Below are positions 25,849-35,540 of a DNA stretch of 64,000 nucleotides, piece by piece (position 1 is the stretch's first letter; each line of letters starts with the position of its first letter). The stretch lies in IMG/VR virus record IMGVR_UViG_3300045988_100041; one strand, given 5' to 3'. The stretch comes from a virus. The notes under the pieces are model-generated. The model saw only the letters and a list, made by a program, of their open reading frames with translations. It did no database searches and was not told where the DNA came from. The translations under genes and the position numbers were made by a program.

Positions 25849-27556
25849 GTCTTTTCCGGAGATTTTCGGTCGATTTCGGAAACTGGCGGCAGAGAATCAG
25901 GGAATGCCGATGGCAAGCATTGTATCGGCGTTTGCAGGCATCAACTCCGGGCGCTACGGCATGGCGAACCCGTATATCCAGAACCGCCGCGTAAAGCAGA
26001 TTTCTTCGCTTCCCGCAAACTACACAAAAGACAAGGTTGCGGAAATGCTGACAAGCCCGTATGAGAATGAAAAGCCGCTTCGTCAGGTGGGGCATATTCT
26101 GGAATATACGGCGTATCCGCTGTTTCATATCCGCAAGACCTATCAGAATCTTTTGACCTACCACAGCTATATCGCGCCGAACTTTGTATCGGAAAGCGAT
26201 ATGAAGAAGGACGATTTCTGGCGGGAATACAAGTTGGCAGAAAAGCTCCGGCAGGAGTTTTGCCCGAAGGAAACGGCACATCAGATCGTTGGGCAGGTCG
26301 GAACGGAAGGGAAGGTATTTTACTATCCCAGATACAGCGTAGACAAGAGCCACAACAAGGTTGACTACGCATTTTTGCAGCAGCTGCCGTCTGACTGGAC
26401 GAAGATTACGGGATTCAACAATATTTCGAAGTACACGGTTGCCTTTAACATGATGTACTTCTTACAGCCGGGATGTGTGCCTGAACAGTTTGGAGATCTG
26501 TTTACACCGTATCTCTATGACTTCGCGCAGGTTGTGGAAGCGCCCAAAAAGGCGGACAAGTCGCTTGTTTTTGCGCAGAAGCGCATTGACATCGGAAAGT
26601 TCCGCGCGATTCAGCAGGGACGAGACTTGGTTGGAACGCCGGATGTCTACTATCAGAACGGAAGATGGTATTATTGGGTGTATCTGCCGCCTGAAAAGGT
26701 GTTTACCTTTGAGGCAGACGATGCAAGCAGGACGGCAATCTCGCCGTTTGCAGGACTTTTCCTGAACATGATACAGCTGGCGCAGATGGAGCAGATCCAG
26801 TTGGAGTTGATTCAAAATCCCCTCGTCAGCCTTCTGCATGGAGAAATCCCGTACAGAGATGAAAAGGTCGCAACGGACGATGACCAATACAGACTCAGCA
26901 ACGCAGGGCGGCTTCTTTTTGAAACGCTATGGTATCAGATGCTGTTTGAAAACAACACAAGCGGTATCGGGCTGTATCTTGCGCCGGTTGAAAACATGAA
27001 GCTGGAAAGTCTGTCCGAAGCGCCGTCTGCCATGGATATTGTGAAGCAGGGCTATTCCGATACGATGTCGCAGGCCGGCATGGGCGCTATTATCCCACTG
27101 GGAGACGATACAAGAGCCGCAACGGCACAGATCTCCTTGCAGATTGAAAGCAAGTTCATGGAATGCGTTTACCGCGACTATGAGCGGATGATGAACGCGA
27201 TTCTCAAGAGCCTCAACCTCAAGTATGACTTCCGGTTCCGGATGTTTGGAAATCTTGCAGAGGACGAAAAGACGATGGAACGCGCGATGAAGGGCATGGA
27301 GCACGGGATTCTGCCGGATACCTTCTTATACAATGCGCTGCTGGACCGGTCGGTGCTGGATGACATCTGCTTGTCTGACGCAGTATTTGCAAGCGGCGTG
27401 ATGGATAAGCGGCTTCCGCTCGTCACATCGTACAGCGCAAAGCAGGACACTTCCAATCTTCCACCGCAAAAGCAGGGCAGACCCAAAGGGGACGGAGCGG
27501 TAACGACAGACGGCTCGGAGGGCGTGATTGACCAATATGGAGCGACAAATGACTGA
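25808..27556 (+). CDS. putative portal protein
   Basis: 583 aa directly after terL. ATG 8 nt after AAGGAGG. Confidence 0.65.
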   Translation: MAIPKEELNKVQYESFPEIFGRFRKLAAENQGMPMASIVSAFAGINSGRYGMANPYIQNRRVKQISSLPANYTKDKVAEMLTSPYENEKPLRQVGHILEYTAYPLFHIRKTYQNLLTYHSYIAPNFVSESDMKKDDFWREYKLAEKLRQEFCPKETAHQIVGQVGTEGKVFYYPRYSVDKSHNKVDYAFLQQLPSDWTKITGFNNISKYTVAFNMMYFLQPGCVPEQFGDLFTPYLYDFAQVVEAPKKADKSLVFAQKRIDIGKFRAIQQGRDLVGTPDVYYQNGRWYYWVYLPPEKVFTFEADDASRTAISPFAGLFLNMIQLAQMEQIQLELIQNPLVSLLHGEIPYRDEKVATDDDQYRLSNAGRLLFETLWYQMLFENNTSGIGLYLAPVENMKLESLSEAPSAMDIVKQGYSDTMSQAGMGAIIPLGDDTRAATAQISLQIESKFMECVYRDYERMMNAILKSLNLKYDFRFRMFGNLAEDEKTMERAMKGMEHGILPDTFLYNALLDRSVLDDICLSDAVFASGVMDKRLPLVTSYSAKQDTSNLPPQKQGRPKGDGAVTTDGSEGVIDQYGATND

Positions 27557-27701
27557 GTATGTCAAAAAAGAGGATCTTTTTCTGATTAACCGCGCACTGA
27601 ATGACGATAAGGACGTTCGGATTCAGCGAACGAAGGACGGCTACCGCATCGTTGAGGACAGCGTGAAGGTGATTTTAAAGGCAGTCGTTGAGAAACGGTA
27701 A
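27549..27701 (+). CDS. small hypothetical protein (50 aa, below the track cutoff)
   Basis: Hand-translated as MTEYVKKEDLFLINRALNDDKDVRIQRTKDGYRIVEDSVKVILKAVVEKR. Overlaps the portal stop. Confidence 0.35.
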   Translation: MTEYVKKEDLFLINRALNDDKDVRIQRTKDGYRIVEDSVKVILKAVVEKR

Positions 27702-27812
27702 AAAATCATAGAGAACACCCGCACCGAAATGGCGGAGCGGAAGAGCTAACGGAGCTGACGACACAGAAATGTGCCGTTGGCTCCTTTTCTTTTTGGAAAG
27801 GAGATGCCTGCA

Positions 27813-28346
27813 ATGGCCCGACTGAAAGAGAAGTTTAATTTTGAAAGCGGCGCGTTTGCCCGTATCCGGGACGCGGCGAAGGAAGCGACCGGCGCGTATC
27901 AGGACGCGGCGCGCAAGCTCGACACACTCAAGGAGTGGGTACTGATCGAGTTTGGAATGCCCAAGACGGCAGACGTGATTCACAAGCTCGCGCATGCGCA
28001 GCCCGTTCGGTTTGACGTGATTGGCGATCTTCTTCACCAGAGGCACATCCTGCAGATCTACCCGGCGACCGAGGAATACCGGGGCGAACCGGAGACGCTT
28101 GACGATGTGTTTGAGGAAATCATCGACGCGCTGCAGAAGATTGAAAACGCGCTGCATGAATGTGTGAAGGTATGCGATGAAAGCGGCGTATATCCACTGG
28201 GACGCGGATTTGAGAATTTGCAGATGGAAAACAGCGCGAGCTACGAAAAGTTTTTGTATGCGTGGCAGATGTATTCCGAGCATGAAATGGGCGCGACGAG
28301 CTTTGAGAACTGGATCGAGGATCTTTTTGAGGAAGAGGGTGCGTGA
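27813..28346 (+). CDS. hypothetical head-module protein
   Basis: Internal ATG of track ORF 27771..28346. Confidence 0.5.
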   Translation: MARLKEKFNFESGAFARIRDAAKEATGAYQDAARKLDTLKEWVLIEFGMPKTADVIHKLAHAQPVRFDVIGDLLHQRHILQIYPATEEYRGEPETLDDVFEEIIDALQKIENALHECVKVCDESGVYPLGRGFENLQMENSASYEKFLYAWQMYSEHEMGATSFENWIEDLFEEEGA

Positions 28347-28348
28347 CG

Positions 28349-29752
28349 ATGCCGCTTACAAAAACAAAGCCTTCCAAGTCTTTTGGTCAGATCAGGGTTT
28401 TGCAAAAACTCAATGAGTATGAGTTTGGCGTGGAACTCACGATGATGCGAGACGGGCTGAACGAAAACAGATGGGAATACCGGAATATCAAAGACCATTA
28501 TCGGTCGTTTGTCGGTCAACCGATTCTGATTGCCTACGTAATGGGGAAAATCGGAGACGGGCATAACAGCTCGGAGAAGGTAGACCCTAGGACACGGGAG
28601 AAATACTACTCCTACACGGACGGTACAGCGGAGCGGATTGTCGGAACGCTGTCGGATGACATCAATGATTTTTCCCTTGTGGAGAGGGATGGTCATACAT
28701 GGGTTGTGGCGAAGGGAAAGCTGTTTGCATTTTACGCGAAGGAGCTTGTCGACAAGATTGTGCGAACAGGGCGCATGAGCGTGTCGGTGGAGACCTTGAT
28801 TCACGAAATGCACAAGGACGGAGATACGGAAGTTTTCACGTCCTGGAGCGGCATCGGTGTCACGATTCTGGGAGAGGGCGTTGCTCCGGCGATTCCGGGA
28901 GCCAACATCGCCCGGTTGTCTGCGATGCAGGATGAATTTAAGACATTGAAACTGCGCGCGGCATCTTTGCAGAAGTCCCCGGAGAACAACGCCCCCAAGG
29001 AAGGGGTAACAACTCGAAAAGGAGTGAAGAAATTGAACACTTATAGCAAGAGACAGCTTACGGAGCTTTCCGCAAGATTCGAAGGCTACAAGGTTCTGGC
29101 TGCCGGAGAGCAGGACGGCAAGGTATATGTTGCACTGCTTTCCAAGGACGGCGCTTTTAAGAGCTACGTCATGGAAAATGCAGCGGAAACCGTTGTGCCG
29201 GAGAAATTTGTAAGCCTGTCTGCAAAAACCGTGGTTCCGTTCGGCGAGGACGCGGAGCTGCGTGTGGATGCGATGGACTTTACGGATGCGACAAGCGGAG
29301 AGCTGCAAAGCAGACTGAACCACGCAGAAGCAGAACTCAAGACGCTTGGAAAGCAGCTGGAAGATGCGACGAAAAAGGTTTCTGACATGGAAACATTTGA
29401 AAGCGCACGCCGGCTGAACGCAGCGAAGCAGGCAGCCAAGAACACACTTGCGGCGTTCAACGCGAACCGCGCAGAAAAGGTTCCCGACAGCGCCATCGAC
29501 GGCATTCTCAAGGACGTGGAAAGCGGTCTTTATGCCAACTGCATGAAAGACGGCGCTTGGACCGGCGAGGCAGAGGTCACAAAGTCTGTCTACGCGGTAT
29601 GCGGCGAGGAAGTTGCAAAGCTGGACGCTGCCGCTGCGCAGAAAAACCGCACGGTATTTGCTTGGGAAAAGTTCGGTCAGAACGCCCAGCATGACGGCGG
29701 CACGATTGGCGACATGCTCAATGGCTGGGGCATCGAGACTGCCAAGGAATAA
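28349..29752 (+). CDS. putative scaffolding (or protease-scaffold) protein
   Basis: Lies upstream of the capsid gene. Long C-terminal coil AELKTLGKQLEDATKKVSDMETFESARRLNAAKQAAKN. Confidence 0.45.
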   Translation: MPLTKTKPSKSFGQIRVLQKLNEYEFGVELTMMRDGLNENRWEYRNIKDHYRSFVGQPILIAYVMGKIGDGHNSSEKVDPRTREKYYSYTDGTAERIVGTLSDDINDFSLVERDGHTWVVAKGKLFAFYAKELVDKIVRTGRMSVSVETLIHEMHKDGDTEVFTSWSGIGVTILGEGVAPAIPGANIARLSAMQDEFKTLKLRAASLQKSPENNAPKEGVTTRKGVKKLNTYSKRQLTELSARFEGYKVLAAGEQDGKVYVALLSKDGAFKSYVMENAAETVVPEKFVSLSAKTVVPFGEDAELRVDAMDFTDATSGELQSRLNHAEAELKTLGKQLEDATKKVSDMETFESARRLNAAKQAAKNTLAAFNANRAEKVPDSAIDGILKDVESGLYANCMKDGAWTGEAEVTKSVYAVCGEEVAKLDAAAAQKNRTVFAWEKFGQNAQHDGGTIGDMLNGWGIETAKE

Positions 29753-29769
29753 GAAAGGAGTGAGACAAG

Positions 29770-30366
29770 ATGTCTTTTACTGCAAAAACCGCGTTTGAAG
29801 CGCGTGTAACAAACAACAGAAACAATGACCTCATCAACGTCACCGGTCGGTATCAGGTTTCCCAGAAGGATGCAGACTGCGACGCCGGCAGACTTGTCAT
29901 CAGAAACGACAATCTTCCGTGCGCCGGATTTGCGAACGTGAAGAATGAAAACGCATGGTACATGAACGACGCGACCTCTACTACGAACGCCGGTGACGTT
30001 GTGTACGCGGCGAACACCTATGAGGTTCCGCTTCTTGCAGGCAAGAACGGTCAGCTCTATGCCGTTGGCACGGAGACGCTCGGTCTTGGCATTCCCGCAG
30101 GACGCGACGGCACGTTTACGCAGATCGTCTTTGACGGCACGCATGCGTACCGCTTCGGTATCGGCAACGTGACCGGGGAACTCAGCACCAATAAGTTTTT
30201 CACCATTGACGCAGGTCAGCTGAAACCTGCCAATGCCGCACCGACCGCGACGGGCGCACTGTACTTCAAGCTCAGAGGCGAACCCGGCAAGTTCACCGAG
30301 GGAACGACTGCCAGCTTTGAATACATCGATGTCATCGCGTTTACGGCTGTTGCCGCAGGCGGCTAA
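29770..30366 (+). CDS. hypothetical head protein (decoration?)
   Basis: Track ORF between the scaffold-like and capsid-like genes. Confidence 0.45.
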   Translation: MSFTAKTAFEARVTNNRNNDLINVTGRYQVSQKDADCDAGRLVIRNDNLPCAGFANVKNENAWYMNDATSTTNAGDVVYAANTYEVPLLAGKNGQLYAVGTETLGLGIPAGRDGTFTQIVFDGTHAYRFGIGNVTGELSTNKFFTIDAGQLKPANAAPTATGALYFKLRGEPGKFTEGTTASFEYIDVIAFTAVAAGG

Positions 30367-30386
30367 TCAGGAAGGAGTGAAACAAC

Positions 30387-31625
30387 ATGTCTAAACTGAC
30401 GCTTAACAGCATTTCCCCGTCTGTGTTTGTTGTGAATGCAGCAGACGGCTCTGGCATCGAACGGCAGCGCGCCGACATTGTGGCAAAGGGCAGAGTCCTT
30501 GCCTATGAGCACGCGGTCAAGGGCAAGAACGCCATGCTCGCGGCAAACGGCAAGGCGGAGTCGGCACATTCGATGCTCACCCAGACCGGCTACAGACAGC
30601 TCAACGAGAAGTTCCAGCAGGAACACCTTCTGTATGCCGCAAGAATCACCTGCCAGCAGACCGGCGAGGCGGCTCCGACCGACTTTGACGATTTCCGCCG
30701 CAACGGTCAGAGATTTTTCAGAAACAGAAGCTTCTACCGCGTTCTGCAGGGTATCTATCAGGAGATCGTGACCCCGATCATCCCGGCTGTCTATTCTGAG
30801 GCTGTGGATATGTTCGCAGAGACCGTTGAGGTGGGCTTCGGCGAGACGCATATGGTTTCGGTCGGCTCCAACGACATTCCTGTTTTCCAGGATTCGAGCT
30901 GGGGCGCAAGCCGCTCTGTGCCGCGCAACCGCTTCTACAGCAAGGACTACACGCTCAACCCGCAGCCCAAGACTGCGCAGATCAACGCAAAGTGGTTCCA
31001 GCTGGTCGGCAACAATCAGGACTTTGGCGCATTCTTTGCAAACATCGTCGCCGGCATGTATGCAAAGACCATGGGCATGTGGAATGCAGCACTGAATGTT
31101 GCGAAGGAAGATACAACGCTGATTCCGTCCAACCTGACGTTCTCGTTCGACTCTACGAACTGGATGACCGCTGCAAACCGTCTGTCGGCGCTCAACAACA
31201 CCGGCATCGGCGGCATTTTCGCCACCGGCTCTATGGTTGCGCTGTCGAAAGTTCTGCCGACACAGGCAAGCGGCTCTTCCAACGTGAACATGGACGCGGC
31301 TCTGGCAACGCTTCTTGGCGGCGCTTATAACTCGCGCGGCTATCTGGGCGAGTTTATGAGCATTCCGCTGCTTCCGCTGCGCGATGTGATCGTTCCCGGT
31401 ACGCAGAACACCAATCCGGAAACGCTTCTGAGCAACACGGACATCTGGATGATGGCATCGTCCGGCAGAAAGCCCATGACCATTGCGTACAACGCGGCAA
31501 CGCCGATCACCATCGAAATCGACCCCGTGATGGACGCGAGCGACTTTGAGATTGCACTCAATCTCACGATTGCTCTGGATACTGTTGCAGTATTTTCCAG
31601 CAAGATTGCCCACATCACCATCTGA
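30387..31625 (+). CDS. putative major capsid protein
   Basis: 412 aa, by position in the head module. A strong hairpin follows directly downstream. Confidence 0.6.
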   Translation: MSKLTLNSISPSVFVVNAADGSGIERQRADIVAKGRVLAYEHAVKGKNAMLAANGKAESAHSMLTQTGYRQLNEKFQQEHLLYAARITCQQTGEAAPTDFDDFRRNGQRFFRNRSFYRVLQGIYQEIVTPIIPAVYSEAVDMFAETVEVGFGETHMVSVGSNDIPVFQDSSWGASRSVPRNRFYSKDYTLNPQPKTAQINAKWFQLVGNNQDFGAFFANIVAGMYAKTMGMWNAALNVAKEDTTLIPSNLTFSFDSTNWMTAANRLSALNNTGIGGIFATGSMVALSKVLPTQASGSSNVNMDAALATLLGGAYNSRGYLGEFMSIPLLPLRDVIVPGTQNTNPETLLSNTDIWMMASSGRKPMTIAYNAATPITIEIDPVMDASDFEIALNLTIALDTVAVFSSKIAHITI

Positions 31626-31635
31626 TGCGGGCATC

Positions 31636-31668
31636 GTGGGGAGGGTTCATACCTCCGACCCTCCCCAC
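31636..31668 (+). terminator. strong hairpin after the capsid gene
   Basis: GTGGGGAGGGT ... ACCCTCCCCAC (11 bp) followed by ACTTTATAT. Weak T-tract, so probably a partial terminator. Confidence 0.45.
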
Positions 31669-31766
31669 ACTTTATATGGCTTGGCAAAGTGCAAGAAGGC
31701 GGTGCAAGTCCGCCGAAAGCCGATACGATAACGACAGTGCCATGAAATCTGAAAGGAGTATGAAAG

Positions 31767-32558
31767 ATGGCTGAAACGAAGAAAAAGACGGGAGAAACGG
31801 CAAAAAAAGGCGGCAGACCGCGCAAGGCTGCGGTCGTTCCGGAAACGGCTGCAGAGGATGATTTTTTCCAGATCGCAGAAGAAGAGGAAAAAATCGAAGT
31901 CGACGCGAAGCAGGCAGAAGAAAAAACACCTGAGAAGGAAGCGGAACAGAAAACCTATACCGAAGAGGATGTGCAGCGCATGATCTCGATGGCGGTTGCA
32001 AAGGCGATGCAGAGCGTTCCCACGCAGCCGGCAGCGCCGCAGATCATTCAGGTTGCAGCGGATACGGAGAAGGTACATTTTCTTTGGCAGGCAGAGGTTG
32101 CAGACGACAACATTGTGCGCTTCGGAGAGGGCGGCATGTATGGGCAGATCGTTGGAAAGACGGGAAGCTTCTATGTGCCGAAGAGCGAGCTTTCCAGAGT
32201 TCTGACAGAGCGCAACCGCGTATTTTTAAAGCGCAGATGGCTGATTGTCGTGTCTGGGCTTGACAAAGAGGAACGAGAGGCGCTTGGCGTTGATTATCAG
32301 GACGGGGAAATTCTCGACCAGAAGGCATTTCAGAAGATGGTAGAGCTTGGAGACGAGCTGCTTGACATTTATCCGAAGCTCTGCGAGGGGCATAGAAAGA
32401 TGGTTGCAAAGAGATGGGCAGAAGCCTATGAGCAAGGAAACCGGAATGTCACAAGACAGCGCACGGTCAAGCTCAATGATATGAGCAAGGCGCTCGGCGG
32501 CGGACGCGGAGATTTTGTCGGAATTATCGAGAAAATGAACGCGCAGGACGCGCAGTAA
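31767..32558 (+). CDS. hypothetical structural-module protein
   Basis: Track ORF. Lys/Glu-rich N-terminus. Confidence 0.5.
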   Translation: MAETKKKTGETAKKGGRPRKAAVVPETAAEDDFFQIAEEEEKIEVDAKQAEEKTPEKEAEQKTYTEEDVQRMISMAVAKAMQSVPTQPAAPQIIQVAADTEKVHFLWQAEVADDNIVRFGEGGMYGQIVGKTGSFYVPKSELSRVLTERNRVFLKRRWLIVVSGLDKEEREALGVDYQDGEILDQKAFQKMVELGDELLDIYPKLCEGHRKMVAKRWAEAYEQGNRNVTRQRTVKLNDMSKALGGGRGDFVGIIEKMNAQDAQ

Positions 32559-32588
32559 CAGGAAATATGGAAGGGCGGCGGTTTTGTA

Positions 32589-32741
32589 ATGAATGACAAG
32601 GAAAAGATCGAGGCGCTATGTGCGGTAATCGAAGAGATTCTTGAGCTGGTTCAGGACGAAACCGCCGCAGAATGTTACAGGGAGAAATATCGGCAGGCGG
32701 TTGCTTGCGAGGATGCGTTTGAGGACGAGAGGTGGAACTGA
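32589..32741 (+). CDS. small hypothetical protein (50 aa)
   Basis: Hand-translated as MNDKEKIEALCAVIEEILELVQDETAAECYREKYRQAVACEDAFEDERWN. Its TGA overlaps the next ATG. Confidence 0.35.
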   Translation: MNDKEKIEALCAVIEEILELVQDETAAECYREKYRQAVACEDAFEDERWN

Positions 32742-33454
32742 TGGGAACGCCGTGGAGTGAAATTATCACAGATTATGCAATGGTCGTGATCGGCGACACA
32801 AGGATGCGAGAGGATCTTGCAACGAACCCGGCACTTTTCTTCCGGAGGATGGCAGGGTGGATGCAGATGTCGATTCCGATGTTAAAGTCTCCACCGGAGC
32901 TTCTGGTCTATCTGACGCAAGGACTGATACCGCCAGAGTTTTCGGACTTTTCCTGGCAGAGCACGCAGGAAAGCACGGTGACGGAAACGAGCGTTGAAAC
33001 GGGGAAAACAGGATTTGAGCTATGCTCGTGCGTGCAGGTGATTCGGCAGAGAAACGGCGATGCGGTGTATGCGCCGTACGCGGATTTTACTTACAACGCG
33101 GAGACTGGCGTTGTGACGTTTCCGCAGCAGGACAACGCTGGAACGGAATACAGTCTGGATTTTTACACAGACGGACAGTTTTTACACGAACTGAGCTTAA
33201 AACAGAAGCGGCTTCTGGCGCTGGCAGTTGCGGTGAATTGGGACAACCGATTCAACCGCGAATGGCTGAATATTCAGCCGAAAATTCACGACAGGAGTTT
33301 TAACCCGCCGAACGAGAACACGACGATGAAGGAATCTACGGCGCGGTATGAAAAAAATGCACAGCTATTTTATGCAGAGCTGCGCGGATATGAGCAGGAA
33401 TGCGCGTATATGCGGACGGTAAATCCGGCGCGGCGCGTTTTCCAACTGCTTTGA
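32741..33454 (+). CDS. hypothetical head-tail joining region protein
   Basis: Internal ATG of track ORF 32732..33454. Confidence 0.5.
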   Translation: MGTPWSEIITDYAMVVIGDTRMREDLATNPALFFRRMAGWMQMSIPMLKSPPELLVYLTQGLIPPEFSDFSWQSTQESTVTETSVETGKTGFELCSCVQVIRQRNGDAVYAPYADFTYNAETGVVTFPQQDNAGTEYSLDFYTDGQFLHELSLKQKRLLALAVAVNWDNRFNREWLNIQPKIHDRSFNPPNENTTMKESTARYEKNAQLFYAELRGYEQECAYMRTVNPARRVFQLL

Positions 33455-33483
33455 GAGGAAGAAAACAGGGGGGGTGATACCGC

Positions 33484-34803
33484 TTGGCAATTACAGACAG
33501 CATCAAAAACGGCATGATTTCGGAAGGGAAACTGCATCAGGCGGCAAAAAACACCCCGTCAGAATATGCAGACAGAAAACGGCAGTATCTTTCAGATCCA
33601 ACGACACAGTTTGTGCATGAGTACGCAAAGTACGCAGCGAACTTCTTCGAGGCAAGGGTGCAGGGGCTGAATCCGGATGACCCATACGAATGGGAGACGG
33701 TACTGATTCGGATGGCAGACATCGCGCCCGACTCTGCCTCGACGCTTCGGAAAAAGGACGATTACAAGATCGTTTTGTTTGCTGACGCGAGCATCGATTA
33801 TGTCCCAGAGGGGGCAAAGATCGAGTGTATTGGTTCAACGTGGCTGGTTATCAATCCGCAGAACATTTCAAGCGAAACGGCAAACGCAGTGGTTCAGCGG
33901 TGCAGGTCGGTATGGAACCATCTGGACTGGTACGGAAATCTTCTTTCCGAACCGCTTTGTGTGGATAAGGCACTGCTTTTGTCGAACGATTCAGACATGC
34001 AGGACTACGCGCTGATCTCGAAGGGATATGTAAACGTTTCGTGCCAATGCAACGAGCAGACAAGAAAGCTTGGAACGAACAGCAGAATTATTTTGGGGTC
34101 CGGGGCATACCGGATCACGGGATTCAGCGATTATTCGATGGAGTTTACGGGGGACTACAGCTCGGTACGGATGCTGGAATTTTCCGCGCGGTATGAACCT
34201 GCGAACATGGAAATAGACGATATGGAGCGGCACGTGGCAGGCGGCAAGGCGTTTTCCTGGGAAATCCGGATTACGGGAAACACGGTTATCAAAACGGGCG
34301 CAGCAAGCCTCCTCGCGGCGCAGAGCATCCGTATGGGAAAGACGGTAGAGACAAGCTGCGAACGGGCAATCGGCTATCTTTGGAAGAGCAGCAACCCGGA
34401 TGTTTTGGAGGTTGGGCTTGACGGGAGCATCTTCGGTATTTCAGAAGGCGAGAGCGTTGTTACATGCACGCTGGCGCAGAACAGGGAAATTCAGCAGAGC
34501 GTGAGGGTTACGGTTGTGCCGGCAGAGGGAGAAAACGAGGTCGCTTTCCTCGGAAACATTCCGAAGAGCATCCGCGCGTATGAGTCTTTGACGCTGGAAG
34601 CGGCGTATTTTGAAGGCGGAGAGCAGCGGCTTGATCGGGTCTCGTATTCCCTGTCCGGCGCAGAGCGCATGAGCTATTCCTTCGAGGTTTTTGAAAACCG
34701 TCTGACTGTAAACTGCTGGGGAGACAGCAAAACGCCGCTTGAGATTACAGCGACGGTTGGAGACTACTCCACAAGCGTAAAACTCGGATTGGAGGGGCTT
34801 TAA
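33484..34803 (+). CDS. structural protein with C-terminal Ig-like (Big_2-type) domain
   Basis: TTG start after GGGGGGTG. WKSSNPDVLEVGLDGSIFGISEGESVVTCTLAQNREIQQSVRVTVV. Confidence 0.55.
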   Translation: MAITDSIKNGMISEGKLHQAAKNTPSEYADRKRQYLSDPTTQFVHEYAKYAANFFEARVQGLNPDDPYEWETVLIRMADIAPDSASTLRKKDDYKIVLFADASIDYVPEGAKIECIGSTWLVINPQNISSETANAVVQRCRSVWNHLDWYGNLLSEPLCVDKALLLSNDSDMQDYALISKGYVNVSCQCNEQTRKLGTNSRIILGSGAYRITGFSDYSMEFTGDYSSVRMLEFSARYEPANMEIDDMERHVAGGKAFSWEIRITGNTVIKTGAASLLAAQSIRMGKTVETSCERAIGYLWKSSNPDVLEVGLDGSIFGISEGESVVTCTLAQNREIQQSVRVTVVPAEGENEVAFLGNIPKSIRAYESLTLEAAYFEGGEQRLDRVSYSLSGAERMSYSFEVFENRLTVNCWGDSKTPLEITATVGDYSTSVKLGLEGL

Positions 34804-34805
34804 GT

Positions 34806-35513
34806 ATGGCAATTTCGCTCATGCAGGGTGACAGCTACCCGCTGCCGTTTGTGCTTCGGATGATGGACGGGACGTTAATCACGGAGGACTTGGTTGAGAT
34901 CGTGGTTTTGAATCTCGGCGGCATGTCTCGGCAGTATCCGGGCGATGTGGAGTACCGGGACGGGAAATGGCTGTTTCCGGTGACGCAGAAGCAGAGCTTT
35001 TCGCTCAAGGGAAGCGTGGAGCCGCAGGCAAGAGTCCAGTTTAAGGGCGGCAATATCTTTGGAGGAATCGGAAGAGCGATTGACGTTTTTTCGTCTCTGA
35101 GCAAGGGCGTTCTTCCGCAGAGCGGCGCGGCAGGCGGCGAGTCCGGGACGCAGGACGTGCCGGTGGATATTCCGGCAGTCTGCGGAAATGTCCATGTGAC
35201 GGTCATGGCGGCGAGCGCGAATATTGCGCTTGGCGCAGTCCGTTATGATATTGCGCAGAATCTGACACCGGAGCAGAAGCAGCAGGCGAAGGAAAACCTT
35301 GGCATCGGTTCCGGCGATGACCGGCACTTTACATTCACGCAGAGAACTGCGTCTGATCTTTGGATGATCCAACATGACCTTGGAAAATATCCTTCTGTGT
35401 CGGTGGCGGACAGCGGAGGAAACGAGGTCGTTGGTGAGGTCACATACCTGACAAAAAATAAACTGAGCATCGCATTTACAGCACCATTTTCCGGAGAAGC
35501 GTATCTCAACTGA
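34806..35513 (+). CDS. hypothetical structural protein
   Basis: Track ORF. Confidence 0.5.
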   Translation: MAISLMQGDSYPLPFVLRMMDGTLITEDLVEIVVLNLGGMSRQYPGDVEYRDGKWLFPVTQKQSFSLKGSVEPQARVQFKGGNIFGGIGRAIDVFSSLSKGVLPQSGAAGGESGTQDVPVDIPAVCGNVHVTVMAASANIALGAVRYDIAQNLTPEQKQQAKENLGIGSGDDRHFTFTQRTASDLWMIQHDLGKYPSVSVADSGGNEVVGEVTYLTKNKLSIAFTAPFSGEAYLN

Positions 35514-35540
35514 TTTTAACCCGAAAGAGAGGAATTTCAC

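Noticed and set aside
28241-29692. Very long minus-strand ORFs opposite the structural genes. Others are 30363-31634, 35571-36827, 41767-43092, 49856-51532, 17120-18004, 25658-26353 and 43604-44467.
   Set aside because: Their products are Arg/Cys/His/Leu-rich with no motifs, and they mirror well-supported plus-strand genes. These are typical antisense shadow ORFs of GC-rich coding DNA.
31698-31714. T-arm-like hairpin GGCGG-TGCAAGT-CCGCC downstream of the capsid gene.
   Set aside because: No acceptor, D or anticodon arms surround it. It is probably just part of the post-capsid terminator/leader structure.
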